Shown piece after piece: positions 9,136 through 16,930 of a DNA stretch of 64,000 bases. The translations under genes and the position numbers were made by a program. How positions within the stretch are numbered: position 1 is the first letter of the stretch; each line of letters starts with the position of its first letter. The notes under the pieces were generated by a model. That model did no database searches. It was not told where the DNA came from and saw only the letters and a list, made by a program, of their open reading frames with translations. This DNA comes from an uncultured Bacteriovoracaceae bacterium (GTDB lineage Bacteria; Bdellovibrionota; Bacteriovoracia; Bacteriovoracales; Bacteriovoracaceae): positions 461 through 64,460 of the forward strand of contig CATMLK010000020.1 in the NCBI GenBank assembly GCA_950070535.1, written 5' to 3'.

Positions 9136-9527
9136 TAGTCCATATCCTCAGTATTATTCATGAAGGAGCTCAAAGCTTTAGGCTTGCCATCTTTAGGGGC
9201 CAGAGAAGTGTCCTCTTTACCTTTATCGTCAATACGGTGCTTGAATCTTTCAGTGATGTCTTCTTTAAGAATCTGAGAAGGCTTAAAAGTAAGAACTCTT
9301 CTAGCAGAGATGTTCATTGCTTCACCAGTTTGTGGGTTTCTACCTACTCTAGTGGCCTTGTCTCTTATTGAAAAATTGCCAAAACCAGAAATCTTGACTT
9401 TTTCACCTCTTGCAAGGGTATCCTTAATTACCTTAAATACTAGGTCAACCATGTCAGCAGCTTCTTTTTTAGAAAATCCTGCTTCCTTATAAACCCTCTC
9501 AACAATATCAGCTTTTGTGACGCTCAT
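9135..9527 (-). CDS. ihfA: integration host factor alpha-like (HU/IHF family) with about 35-aa C-terminal extension
   Basis: TKADIVERV...GFGNFSIRDKATRVGRNPQTGEAMNISARRVLTFKPS is the DNA-binding arm of IHF/HU. Lies downstream of rplT, as in the classical thrS-infC-rpmI-rplT-pheST-ihfA region. Confidence 0.8.
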   Translation of the reverse strand: MSVTKADIVERVYKEAGFSKKEAADMVDLVFKVIKDTLARGEKVKISGFGNFSIRDKATRVGRNPQTGEAMNISARRVLTFKPSQILKEDITERFKHRIDDKGKEDTSLAPKDGKPKALSSFMNNTEDMD

Positions 9528-9616
9528 TCTAAATCCTCCATGATTCCAATAATCATCCAGCTAGGTAAAACCTCTTATTAATAGGTTAGCAGAGTTCTAA
9601 ATTTCGCGCAAAAAAA

Positions 9617-9648
9617 AACTCCCGTTTTTAGTAAAAAAAACGGGAGTT
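9617..9648 (-). terminator. rho-independent terminator after rplT (A- and T-runs on both sides, potentially bidirectional)
   Basis: AACTCCCGTTTTT / AAAAACGGGAGTT inverted repeat 24 nt downstream of the rplT stop. Confidence 0.6.
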
Positions 9649-9671
9649 TACAGTTTTTAAGTAAATAAATC

Positions 9672-10016
9672 TTACTTAGAAGCTTCGTGAATAGCTTTGA
9701 AACCTTCAAAGTCACGTGCAGCAACTTCAGCAAGCATTTTTCTGTTCAACTTGATGTCTTTGTTCTTCAAGTTGTTCATGAATCTTGAGTAAGAAGTTCC
9801 TAAAGACTTAGAAGCAGCATTGATTCTTACGATCCAAAGTCTTCTCATGTCTCTTTTTAGAAGTCTTCTACCCTTGTACATATTGTGCAAGGCTCTTTTT
9901 ACAGTCTCAGCTGTAATCTTGAACTTTCTTCTTCTGTCAAAGTGAAAGCCTTTTGCCAATTTCAAAATTTTGTTTCTTCTTTGTCTGGCCTTAAAGCCAC
10001 GTCTTACTCTAGACAT
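9672..10016 (-). CDS. rplT: 50S ribosomal protein L20
   Basis: MSRVRRGFKARQRRNKILKLAKGF... is a canonical L20 N-terminus. Confidence 0.95.
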   Translation of the reverse strand: MSRVRRGFKARQRRNKILKLAKGFHFDRRRKFKITAETVKRALHNMYKGRRLLKRDMRRLWIVRINAASKSLGTSYSRFMNNLKNKDIKLNRKMLAEVAARDFEGFKAIHEASK

Positions 10017-10090
10017 ATTCTATCTCCTTTAAAGAACGGCAGGGGGACAAAAGTCTCTTATTTCAACACCCTACAGTTACAACTAGTTAA

Positions 10091-10294
10091 TTATCTTCTT
10101 AAATATGGCGCGTTTTTAAGCATGTTTTCGCCATCAGTACTGTTTAGGTATCCAGCTTTTCTAGCGTCTCTTTTATTATCCTGCTTCTTTTTAGTCAGGA
10201 TGTGTCTCAAGTTAGCTTTTTTGATCTTTACTTTACCTTTAGCAGTAACTCTAATTCTTTTCGCTACAGCTCTTCTAGTCTTCATCTTAGGCAT
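10091..10294 (-). CDS. rpmI: 50S ribosomal protein L35
   Basis: MPKMKTRRAVAKRIRVTAKGKVK... is canonical L35. Confidence 0.95.
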   Translation of the reverse strand: MPKMKTRRAVAKRIRVTAKGKVKIKKANLRHILTKKKQDNKRDARKAGYLNSTDGENMLKNAPYLRR

Positions 10295-10624
10295 ATATTT
10301 CTCCTATCAAATTAATCGAAAATTCAGACCCTATTACCTACCATGTTAAACTCGTATGGAAAAGGCTTTTTTTAGTAAAATTGAGCTTTTAAGTCCAAAA
10401 TATCGAGGTCTTTCTTTATTTATGCACACAATTAGAATTTTTAGTGCAGATAATGAAAAATACTAATGTGATATTAAGTACTAAAAACTTAACCCAGACT
10501 CCTCTGAAATCGAATTTAATAAAAATTATAAGGCATAAATTCGTCAGGAGTAAGAAAGAACTTAAATACAGGAATAAATGTCCCGTTTAGAGTATTAAAG
10601 CTTTTATGAAAATTATTTGGCTAA

Positions 10625-10660
10625 AACCTTTTCACTGTCCTAAGGAGCAATGAAAAGGTT
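10625..10660 (-). terminator. 10-bp perfect stem-loop just downstream of infC (terminator or processing/attenuator element)
   Basis: AACCTTTTCA (10625-10634) pairs with TGAAAAGGTT (10651-10660) around a 16-nt loop. The following T-tract is poor. Confidence 0.4.
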
Positions 10661-10668
10661 ATTAAGAT

Positions 10669-11226
10669 TTATTTCTTTTTAGATGGAGCAAGCATTGCAA
10701 TGGCCCTATTACCCATCATCTTGACAGGGGCCTCAACGCTAGCGTCAGTTTCATCAACAACACCCTTGATGATCTCGTTAAATTTGCCAAGACCGATTTC
10801 TTTATGGGCCATCTCCCTACCACGAAATTGCATTAGCATCTTTACCTTGTCACCTTGCTCTAAAAACTTATGAACCTTTTTCAGTTTTGTCTGAAGGTCA
10901 TGGATATCAATCGCTGGACGAAACTTTACTTCTTTAACATTTATAGTGACTTGCTTTTTCTTTGCCTCTGCAGCTTTCTTTTGCTGCTGATATTTAAACT
11001 TTCCGTAATCAATTAGCTTAACTACTGGAGGTTTAGCGTTGGGAGACACCTCTACTAGATCCAAACCTTGCTCATCAGCGATTTCTGCGGCTCTTTGAAT
11101 TCCAACCACACCATACTGATCACCATTATCCCCAATAAGTCTTACTTCGGGAACTTTGATTTGTTCGTTTACTCTAGGACCTGATGGTTTACGGGGCTGA
11201 AACCCGCTTCTCTTTTTCGCGCTAAT
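10669..11226 (-). CDS. infC: translation initiation factor IF-3, non-canonical ATT start
   Basis: Conserved IF-3 N-terminal block RVNEQIKVPEVRLIGDNGDQYGVV lies upstream of the GTG used by the ORF track. Between the in-frame stop (11242-11244) and that block there is no ATG, GTG or TTG. The only plausible start is ATT (11224-11226), 6 nt after GGAGG (11233-11237). Confidence 0.9.
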   Translation of the reverse strand: MSAKKRSGFQPRKPSGPRVNEQIKVPEVRLIGDNGDQYGVVGIQRAAEIADEQGLDLVEVSPNAKPPVVKLIDYGKFKYQQQKKAAEAKKKQVTINVKEVKFRPAIDIHDLQTKLKKVHKFLEQGDKVKMLMQFRGREMAHKEIGLGKFNEIIKGVVDETDASVEAPVKMMGNRAIAMLAPSKKK

Positions 11227-11237
11227 AACGTGCCTCC
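11224..11237 (-). promoter_or_regulatory. infC: infC translation initiation region: GGAGG, 6-nt spacer, AUU start
   Basis: Minus strand reads GGAGGCACGTTATT. There is no canonical start codon in frame upstream of the conserved IF-3 N-terminal block. Confidence 0.8.
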
Positions 11238-11352
11238 ATTTTTAGTTATTTTGATACGTTGTAACATTACCTAAATTAAATTCCAACGTAAATTTAAATA
11301 CATATATAATTCTTGCCCATGTCTAACAGACATTTATTATTTTGCCCGATGC

Positions 11353-11748
11353 TCATTTAAATTGTAGAACTGGCGCGTCAAAATTAGTGGTATCAAATAT
11401 AAATCTAAACAGTTTCTTTGATTCAACATTCTCAAGCTGTGCTACAAATTCAAGCAAGTCATTGAAGTTTAAGGACTTTTTCGGGGAAACCATCTCAAAA
11501 ACTTCTTGGAAATTTTGGTCCACGAAGTAAAGTCCATCCGAAAGTTCTGTAGGGTACCCGGCAATTTCTCTCCCTATTAGTACATGGTCTCCACTCACCT
11601 GGACAACCAGTTTCTTGTCCACGGCCTCAACCTGCCGTGAAAGAGATATATATTCATCAACCACAGAGCTTGCCTTGGACAAGTCCACCTCGGATGACTT
11701 TTGCTTGGTATATAAAAATCTCGAATTTCCCAACTGAACTTTATTCAT
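11353..11748 (-). CDS. hypothetical protein (131 aa)
   Basis: ORF starts directly after the plsB-like stop on the same strand. No motif recognised. Confidence 0.5.
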   Translation of the reverse strand: MNKVQLGNSRFLYTKQKSSEVDLSKASSVVDEYISLSRQVEAVDKKLVVQVSGDHVLIGREIAGYPTELSDGLYFVDQNFQEVFEMVSPKKSLNFNDLLEFVAQLENVESKKLFRFIFDTTNFDAPVLQFK

Positions 11749-13527
11749 CTATCTGCCAAACTTTAAATTAATAGCGACCTGATCATTAACGTCGCGTGCA
11801 AATCTCTCAATTAGAGTACTAACTGCATTCATATCTTCAACGCTATAGCTTGTGCCCAATTTCTTTATCACCCCCAGGTGGATTAGATAATTTAAACTTC
11901 CCTTCATAACAGGTATGTTGAAACTCTCTGGGTATTTAACAACCCTACCGTGTTCAATTTCCATCTCAAAAAGCTCTTTGGCCACCTGTAAAAAGCGCTC
12001 CTCTGTAAACTCTTCTTCGTCGATATACTTGATCGTTGTTGCGGCAATAAAGTATGCTTCATAAATGTAGCTAAATGCTGTTGAAAATCTTCTAACTTTA
12101 CTTGCAATAGAATAGAGTTTTTCTGGCGTAAAATTTAAAGCGTCATTTAACGAGTCTATCTGCTCTCCAGTGGCGTATTCAACGATCCTGCTTGCCTGCT
12201 TTATCATCTCCTTTACCGTAGGAAGATAAAACTCATATTTTAGCTCTTTTCTTTTTGTAACCAAGTACTTGTTTAGTTGAGCTTCTGTTTTAATATTTCC
12301 GTTAAATATATTAAACCATGTGGCATTCACAATGCCCGCAACGATGAAGTGATGCAGAATCATATTCTTGTGAAACAGTAAGTGCGTTCTGCTGGCATCG
12401 TTGATTGAGTAAAAAACTTGATTGAGCTTTTCTCGCTTTATTAACTTCACCTTTTTATTATTGATGAACATATCCATAGCGGTCTTTAAGGATTGACCGT
12501 GAAGCTTCCCTTTAAGTGAATTCGTTACAGGTATTTCCATGAACTCACAAAAATCAACAACATCTTTGGAGCGCTCCTCAATTTGTTTCCAAGTAAGAGC
12601 CCCTTGGGGATCATCCAACATAACCAGAGTCAACAAAGACGTCGGAGTAACAGGCATCCCCTTGCCTACGGCCCTAAAGCACTCAAAGGCCAAGCTTTGG
12701 GTTTTCTCTTTTAAATCTTCATCATACTTGTCAACGACGATTCCCTCGCCAAACCTTACGTGAACAGTTCCAAGCTTCTTATTGGCAAGTTTAATTAGCT
12801 TCAATAGCTGTGTTGGTTTTTCTTTTTCTTTCTTAGCACCACTTAGCTCTTTAGCGTGAGCTCTCTCTTCAGGAATCATCTCGTGGGCCAAGGAAACAGG
12901 TATGAACATAAGTGGCTTGGAGTCTGATCCAAAATTTGTGTGAGCATCTAGTAGCATTGAAAAAAGTCCAAAGCGCGGAGAAAGCAATTTACCACTTCTT
13001 GTTCTGCCCCCTTCAAAGAAGAACTCAACAACTTTATCTGACTTTAACAAGTAATAGATGTAGCCCTGAAAAGCGATTTTATAGAGATGATTTGTAAATC
13101 TTCTTCTAATAAAGAATGCCCCGCACCTTTTGAAAAATGGACCGATGGGGAAAATATTAAGATTAATTCCCGCTGCAATATAGACTGGCATTCTAAAGTA
13201 GGTGAATAGAATGTACTGCAAAGCCAAGTAGTCTGCATGCGATTGGTGATTTGGAACTAGAATAAGGTGGTACTTCTTTTGAAGCTCCTTAATATCAAAA
13301 CCTTCAGGAAGCTCCAGATTAACACCGTCATAGAGTCTTAGAAAAGTTTTATCAATAAACTTCGCTCCAGCTCCTACAAGACCAAAACGATAGTCGCCTT
13401 TGATCTCGTCAACAAACTTTATAATTTTATCTCTATCTTGGGGATGGTCGGCCAAGTGTGTCTTTACCTTTTCATAGGAAAGCACCGCTTTATAAACTTC
13501 CTTGGCCTCTTTGCTTAATTTTATCAT
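11749..13527 (-). CDS. plsB: PlsB-type glycerol-3-phosphate acyltransferase (short form)
   Basis: Acyltransferase HX4D motif VPNHQSHADY, FFEGGRTRSGK block, and long C-terminal helical region as in PlsB. Confidence 0.75.
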   Translation of the reverse strand: MIKLSKEAKEVYKAVLSYEKVKTHLADHPQDRDKIIKFVDEIKGDYRFGLVGAGAKFIDKTFLRLYDGVNLELPEGFDIKELQKKYHLILVPNHQSHADYLALQYILFTYFRMPVYIAAGINLNIFPIGPFFKRCGAFFIRRRFTNHLYKIAFQGYIYYLLKSDKVVEFFFEGGRTRSGKLLSPRFGLFSMLLDAHTNFGSDSKPLMFIPVSLAHEMIPEERAHAKELSGAKKEKEKPTQLLKLIKLANKKLGTVHVRFGEGIVVDKYDEDLKEKTQSLAFECFRAVGKGMPVTPTSLLTLVMLDDPQGALTWKQIEERSKDVVDFCEFMEIPVTNSLKGKLHGQSLKTAMDMFINNKKVKLIKREKLNQVFYSINDASRTHLLFHKNMILHHFIVAGIVNATWFNIFNGNIKTEAQLNKYLVTKRKELKYEFYLPTVKEMIKQASRIVEYATGEQIDSLNDALNFTPEKLYSIASKVRRFSTAFSYIYEAYFIAATTIKYIDEEEFTEERFLQVAKELFEMEIEHGRVVKYPESFNIPVMKGSLNYLIHLGVIKKLGTSYSVEDMNAVSTLIERFARDVNDQVAINLKFGR

Positions 13528-13572
13528 CCCCTGACCATACCAGAATTATAATAAAAACAAAATCGATAGTGA

Positions 13573-14631
13573 TTAACTCATACCATGCGGCCTGGACTCA
13601 ACCATTCCAGAGGATGACATCTCCATAAACAGGGCATTTTTGTTAATTTCAGGCAATGTTTTGGCATTTAGATAAGTCATTCCACTTCTAAGACCGCCAG
13701 CAAGCTCTCCCACAACATGCTCCACTGGCCCCTTAATGGAAATCATTCTTGACTCCCCTTCGGCCGCCATGCCCTTTTGCATATTGCCTCTCCAAGATAC
13801 TTGGGCATCTTTGCTCGCCATGCCTCTGTACTTTTTCATCCCACCTTTTATTTCACCTGGAGTTTCTATACAACCTGCCAGCATTGAGCCAAGCATTACG
13901 GTTTCAGCTCCCGCGGCCAATGCCTTTACAATGTCGCCACTCGTCTTTATTCCACCATCTGCTATGACAGGAATATCGTGCTTTCTGGCCTCTTGGACAC
14001 AAAGTGCGACCGCACTTAATTGTGGCACTCCACAGCCTGTAATAATTCTTGTGGTGCACATGGATCCAGGTCCAATCCCCACTTTGACAGCGTCAGCCCC
14101 TGCGTCAATCAATCTTTTTACGCCATCTGGCATTGCTACGTTTCCAGCAATTACATCAATATGTGGGTGAGTTTTTTTAATATACTCCATGGTTTCGATC
14201 ATCATAACCGAGTCGCCATGAGCAATATCCACAGTAAGTATTTCCACGCCTGCATCTGCCAACATATCGGCCCTTCTCATCCCCTCCTCTTTTACGCCAA
14301 CAGACGCTGAAACAAGAAGGCCAGGATTATCCTCTTTCTGGCCAATAAGCCATTTTATCTGCTCTACCTGTTCGGAAGCGGTAATGAAACGGTGTAGAAT
14401 CCCCATACCGCCAAGTTTGGCCATGCCAAGTGCCATGTCTTTTTCTGTAACTGTGTCCATGTTTGATGAGATAAAAGGGGCCTGGAGTTTATGATTTTTT
14501 GTGACTCGTGTGCTGAGATCAGGCATCGTTCTTGATGTGATCTCACAATGTCGCGGCATAAGAAGAACATCATCGTAAGTAAGGCCGGTTTGTCTTTCCA
14601 GGATTTGGTTGGCGTCAAACATTAAACTCAT
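13573..14631 (-). CDS. IMP dehydrogenase/GMP reductase family enzyme lacking the CBS insert (GMP reductase-like)
   Basis: LTYDDVLLMP, SSNMDTVTE, catalytic loop VKVGIGPGSMCTTR, IADGGI, YRGMAS. 352 aa, leaving no room for a Bateman domain. Confidence 0.8.
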   Translation of the reverse strand: MSLMFDANQILERQTGLTYDDVLLMPRHCEITSRTMPDLSTRVTKNHKLQAPFISSNMDTVTEKDMALGMAKLGGMGILHRFITASEQVEQIKWLIGQKEDNPGLLVSASVGVKEEGMRRADMLADAGVEILTVDIAHGDSVMMIETMEYIKKTHPHIDVIAGNVAMPDGVKRLIDAGADAVKVGIGPGSMCTTRIITGCGVPQLSAVALCVQEARKHDIPVIADGGIKTSGDIVKALAAGAETVMLGSMLAGCIETPGEIKGGMKKYRGMASKDAQVSWRGNMQKGMAAEGESRMISIKGPVEHVVGELAGGLRSGMTYLNAKTLPEINKNALFMEMSSSGMVESRPHGMS

Positions 14632-14688
14632 AGTTACCCCTTTATTGTTTTGGTTAACTTAAGTCTAACTCCGCTAAATTCATTTGGG

Positions 14689-14714
14689 AGGCCATTTTTA
14701 AAACTTAATGGCCT
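14689..14714 (-). terminator. stem-loop between the membrane-protein gene and the IMPDH/GMPR-like gene
   Basis: AGGCCATT (14689-14696) / AATGGCCT (14707-14714). No clear U-tract. Confidence 0.3.
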
Positions 14715-14726
14715 GTGCGCCACAGC

Positions 14727-15371
14727 TTAATTTTCTTCGTGTGCTTTAAGAACTTTTTCGATTTCACTTTCAACAAAGGTCCTGGCCTTCGAGTACTCTT
14801 CTTCGTATTCAGACAAGACTTCTTCATACCTCAGCTCAACTCGCTCACGTGCCTGATCATTTTCAATTGAAGAGATACCCTCCTCACCATCTAGGCCATC
14901 AATTAAGTTTTGGGAGAATTTTTCAGCACCATCTAGAAAATCCCTAAGAGAAGAAAGATACCCGGAGTACATATTCCTAATGCCAAAAAATCTTTGGTAG
15001 GAATTCCTAATCGCAAGGTTGTTTATTTCCAAATAATTTAAGGCGTATTCTATGTCTTTTACTTTTTCATTCTCAAATAAGGTCGTGGTTGCCTTGTCTT
15101 CATCCATAAAGTTAAAGGCCAACTTTAGGCCAAAACTGATACCTGTGATCCCGCTCTGTTCAACGAGCTCTTTGAACTCTTCCAAAAAACATGGATAGTA
15201 ATAAGAACCTTGAGCTTTAGAACAATCTTCAGCGATTTCCTCGTAATCCAATTCATCGCTATAATCCCACACAAGATGTAAGTCGTGATGATTTTGATAG
15301 TAGAAGAAGGCCATAATACTCAGCCCAAGTCCGCCGAAAATTAAGAAAACGTATTTTAAATATCTAATCAT
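14727..15371 (-). CDS. hypothetical membrane-anchored acidic protein
   Basis: N-terminal TM YVFLIFGGLGLSIMAFFYY. Start overlaps the gshA stop (4 nt). Confidence 0.5.
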   Translation of the reverse strand: MIRYLKYVFLIFGGLGLSIMAFFYYQNHHDLHLVWDYSDELDYEEIAEDCSKAQGSYYYPCFLEEFKELVEQSGITGISFGLKLAFNFMDEDKATTTLFENEKVKDIEYALNYLEINNLAIRNSYQRFFGIRNMYSGYLSSLRDFLDGAEKFSQNLIDGLDGEEGISSIENDQARERVELRYEEVLSEYEEEYSKARTFVESEIEKVLKAHEEN

Positions 15372-16930
15372 GGGTAATCTTTTATTTTTATCTTCTCAAA
15401 GTATTTTTGAAGGAAACTGTCGAAGTCGTCAACGTCTTGTCCTGCGATATCTTTTTCTTCCTCAAGAGACTTCTTTACTAGCTCCAACCAACTTTGTTCT
15501 CGCTCTAAAGGCCTTTTAAGCAGATCTTCTTTATGTTTTTTAGCCAGCTCAAACATCGCATCCACAAAAGAAGTTTTATCATCAACCATCGAAAGAACTC
15601 TTGCTGAAAACAAGAGCTCTGGTTTTTCTATTTTTTCAAGTTGGCTGCTTACACCGTCACCGTAGTAGGCCGCTATTTTTTCATTACTTTTTACAAATAA
15701 CTCTATTCTCTTAAGCAACTCACCCGCAGCACTTGATACAGGGACTCTTTTATCTTCAAAGTTTAAGTTTGCATCAGGGTTTCTTCCATCTTCAACTACA
15801 AGTTTAAAGTTTGAAGTAATTTCATCACATTCGCGTGAAGAAATCTCAGGACTCTCATCCAACATACAAAAGGTTAAAAAGGCCTGAAGAAACCTCACCT
15901 CTTCATCGTTTATCCCCTCTGGCACAAACGGATTTAGATCTAGGAGTCTAACTTCGATATATTCAACGCCATGGTTGTGCAATGCCTGAAGAGCACTTTC
16001 ACCCGATCGAGCAGTACGCTTTGGCCTTAATGGAGAATAAAACTCATTATCAATTTGCAGAAGATTTGCATTCAGCTGTCTGTATTCATCGCCTACCTTG
16101 ACGCCTATTTTTTCATAAGGTGCGTAAGGTCTCTTCCTTGCTGTCTCCAAGGTTTTTACATATGTGTTGAGTTGATTATAACAAATAGAGATGTCTTCCT
16201 GGGCCGTGCTGGTGTATCCAAGCCCTCCCATTCTTAAACTTGTGGCGTACTTCTTGCCGTAAGTGTCTTTGCCAAGCTTATCCAGACTGTGAACTTTCCC
16301 CTCAAGAAATTTCTCATCCACAACAGGTGAAGAACCAAAAAGATATAATAGAAGCCAACTATGCCTTCTAAAATTACGTATCATTTTAAAATAAAGAGCG
16401 TTTGTGAACTCTGTCAGATCCGACTCTGGCTTAACCTCTTTATGTAGTTTTGCAATCAAACTGCGGCTAATTGAGAAGTTAAAGTGCATTCCTGCAATGG
16501 ACTGCATTGAACGTCCATATCTATAGCCAAGTCCCATACGATATAGAGTTTTGAGCTTTCCAACATTTGACTCTCCAAAGGAGGCAATTGGAATCTCTTT
16601 ATCCCCAGCAAGATAGCATGGCATACTCGCAGGCCAGATACACTCATCACCCATATGCTTTAGGGCAAATGCTTGTATATCTGCGATAAAGTTCAGAAGT
16701 TCTTCATTAGTTGTAAAAACAGGTGAAACAAACTCAAGAAGATTCTCGGCATAGTCAGTAGTAATATAAGGATGGGTAAGTTTATGTCCCAACTTGTCCG
16801 AATGAACTTCTTTGGAAGCGTATTTGTCACCGCGAACTCTCAAACCTTCTTTCTCAACACCTTGGTGAAAATCAAGTAAATCATCGGAGTTTTCTTCTAC
16901 CTTGGAAAGAAGGTTTTCTGTAATAATCAT
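15368..16930 (-). CDS. gshA: glutamate-cysteine ligase (proteobacterial GshA type)
   Basis: 520 aa. Blocks GVEKEGLRV, YITTDYAENLLEFVSP and MHFNFS are typical of E. coli-type GshA. Confidence 0.85.
   Translation of the reverse strand: MIITENLLSKVEENSDDLLDFHQGVEKEGLRVRGDKYASKEVHSDKLGHKLTHPYITTDYAENLLEFVSPVFTTNEELLNFIADIQAFALKHMGDECIWPASMPCYLAGDKEIPIASFGESNVGKLKTLYRMGLGYRYGRSMQSIAGMHFNFSISRSLIAKLHKEVKPESDLTEFTNALYFKMIRNFRRHSWLLLYLFGSSPVVDEKFLEGKVHSLDKLGKDTYGKKYATSLRMGGLGYTSTAQEDISICYNQLNTYVKTLETARKRPYAPYEKIGVKVGDEYRQLNANLLQIDNEFYSPLRPKRTARSGESALQALHNHGVEYIEVRLLDLNPFVPEGINDEEVRFLQAFLTFCMLDESPEISSRECDEITSNFKLVVEDGRNPDANLNFEDKRVPVSSAAGELLKRIELFVKSNEKIAAYYGDGVSSQLEKIEKPELLFSARVLSMVDDKTSFVDAMFELAKKHKEDLLKRPLEREQSWLELVKKSLEEEKDIAGQDVDDFDSFLQKYFEKIKIKDYP

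Noticed and set aside
9885-10349. 154-aa plus-strand ORF across the rplT-rpmI region
   Set aside because: It is antisense to two unmistakable ribosomal protein genes. It has a low-complexity hydrophobic composition typical of antisense frames in AT-rich DNA.
10641-10683. Mini-ORF with its own SD on the plus strand (TAAGGAGCAATGAAAAGG..., 10 codons) inside the infC-distal hairpin
   Set aside because: It is too short, overlaps the antisense of the infC end, and is most likely a chance product of the hairpin loop sequence.
13736-14310. Several 70-144-aa plus-strand ORFs
   Set aside because: All lie antisense within the strongly supported IMPDH/GMPR-like gene, and no motifs are present.
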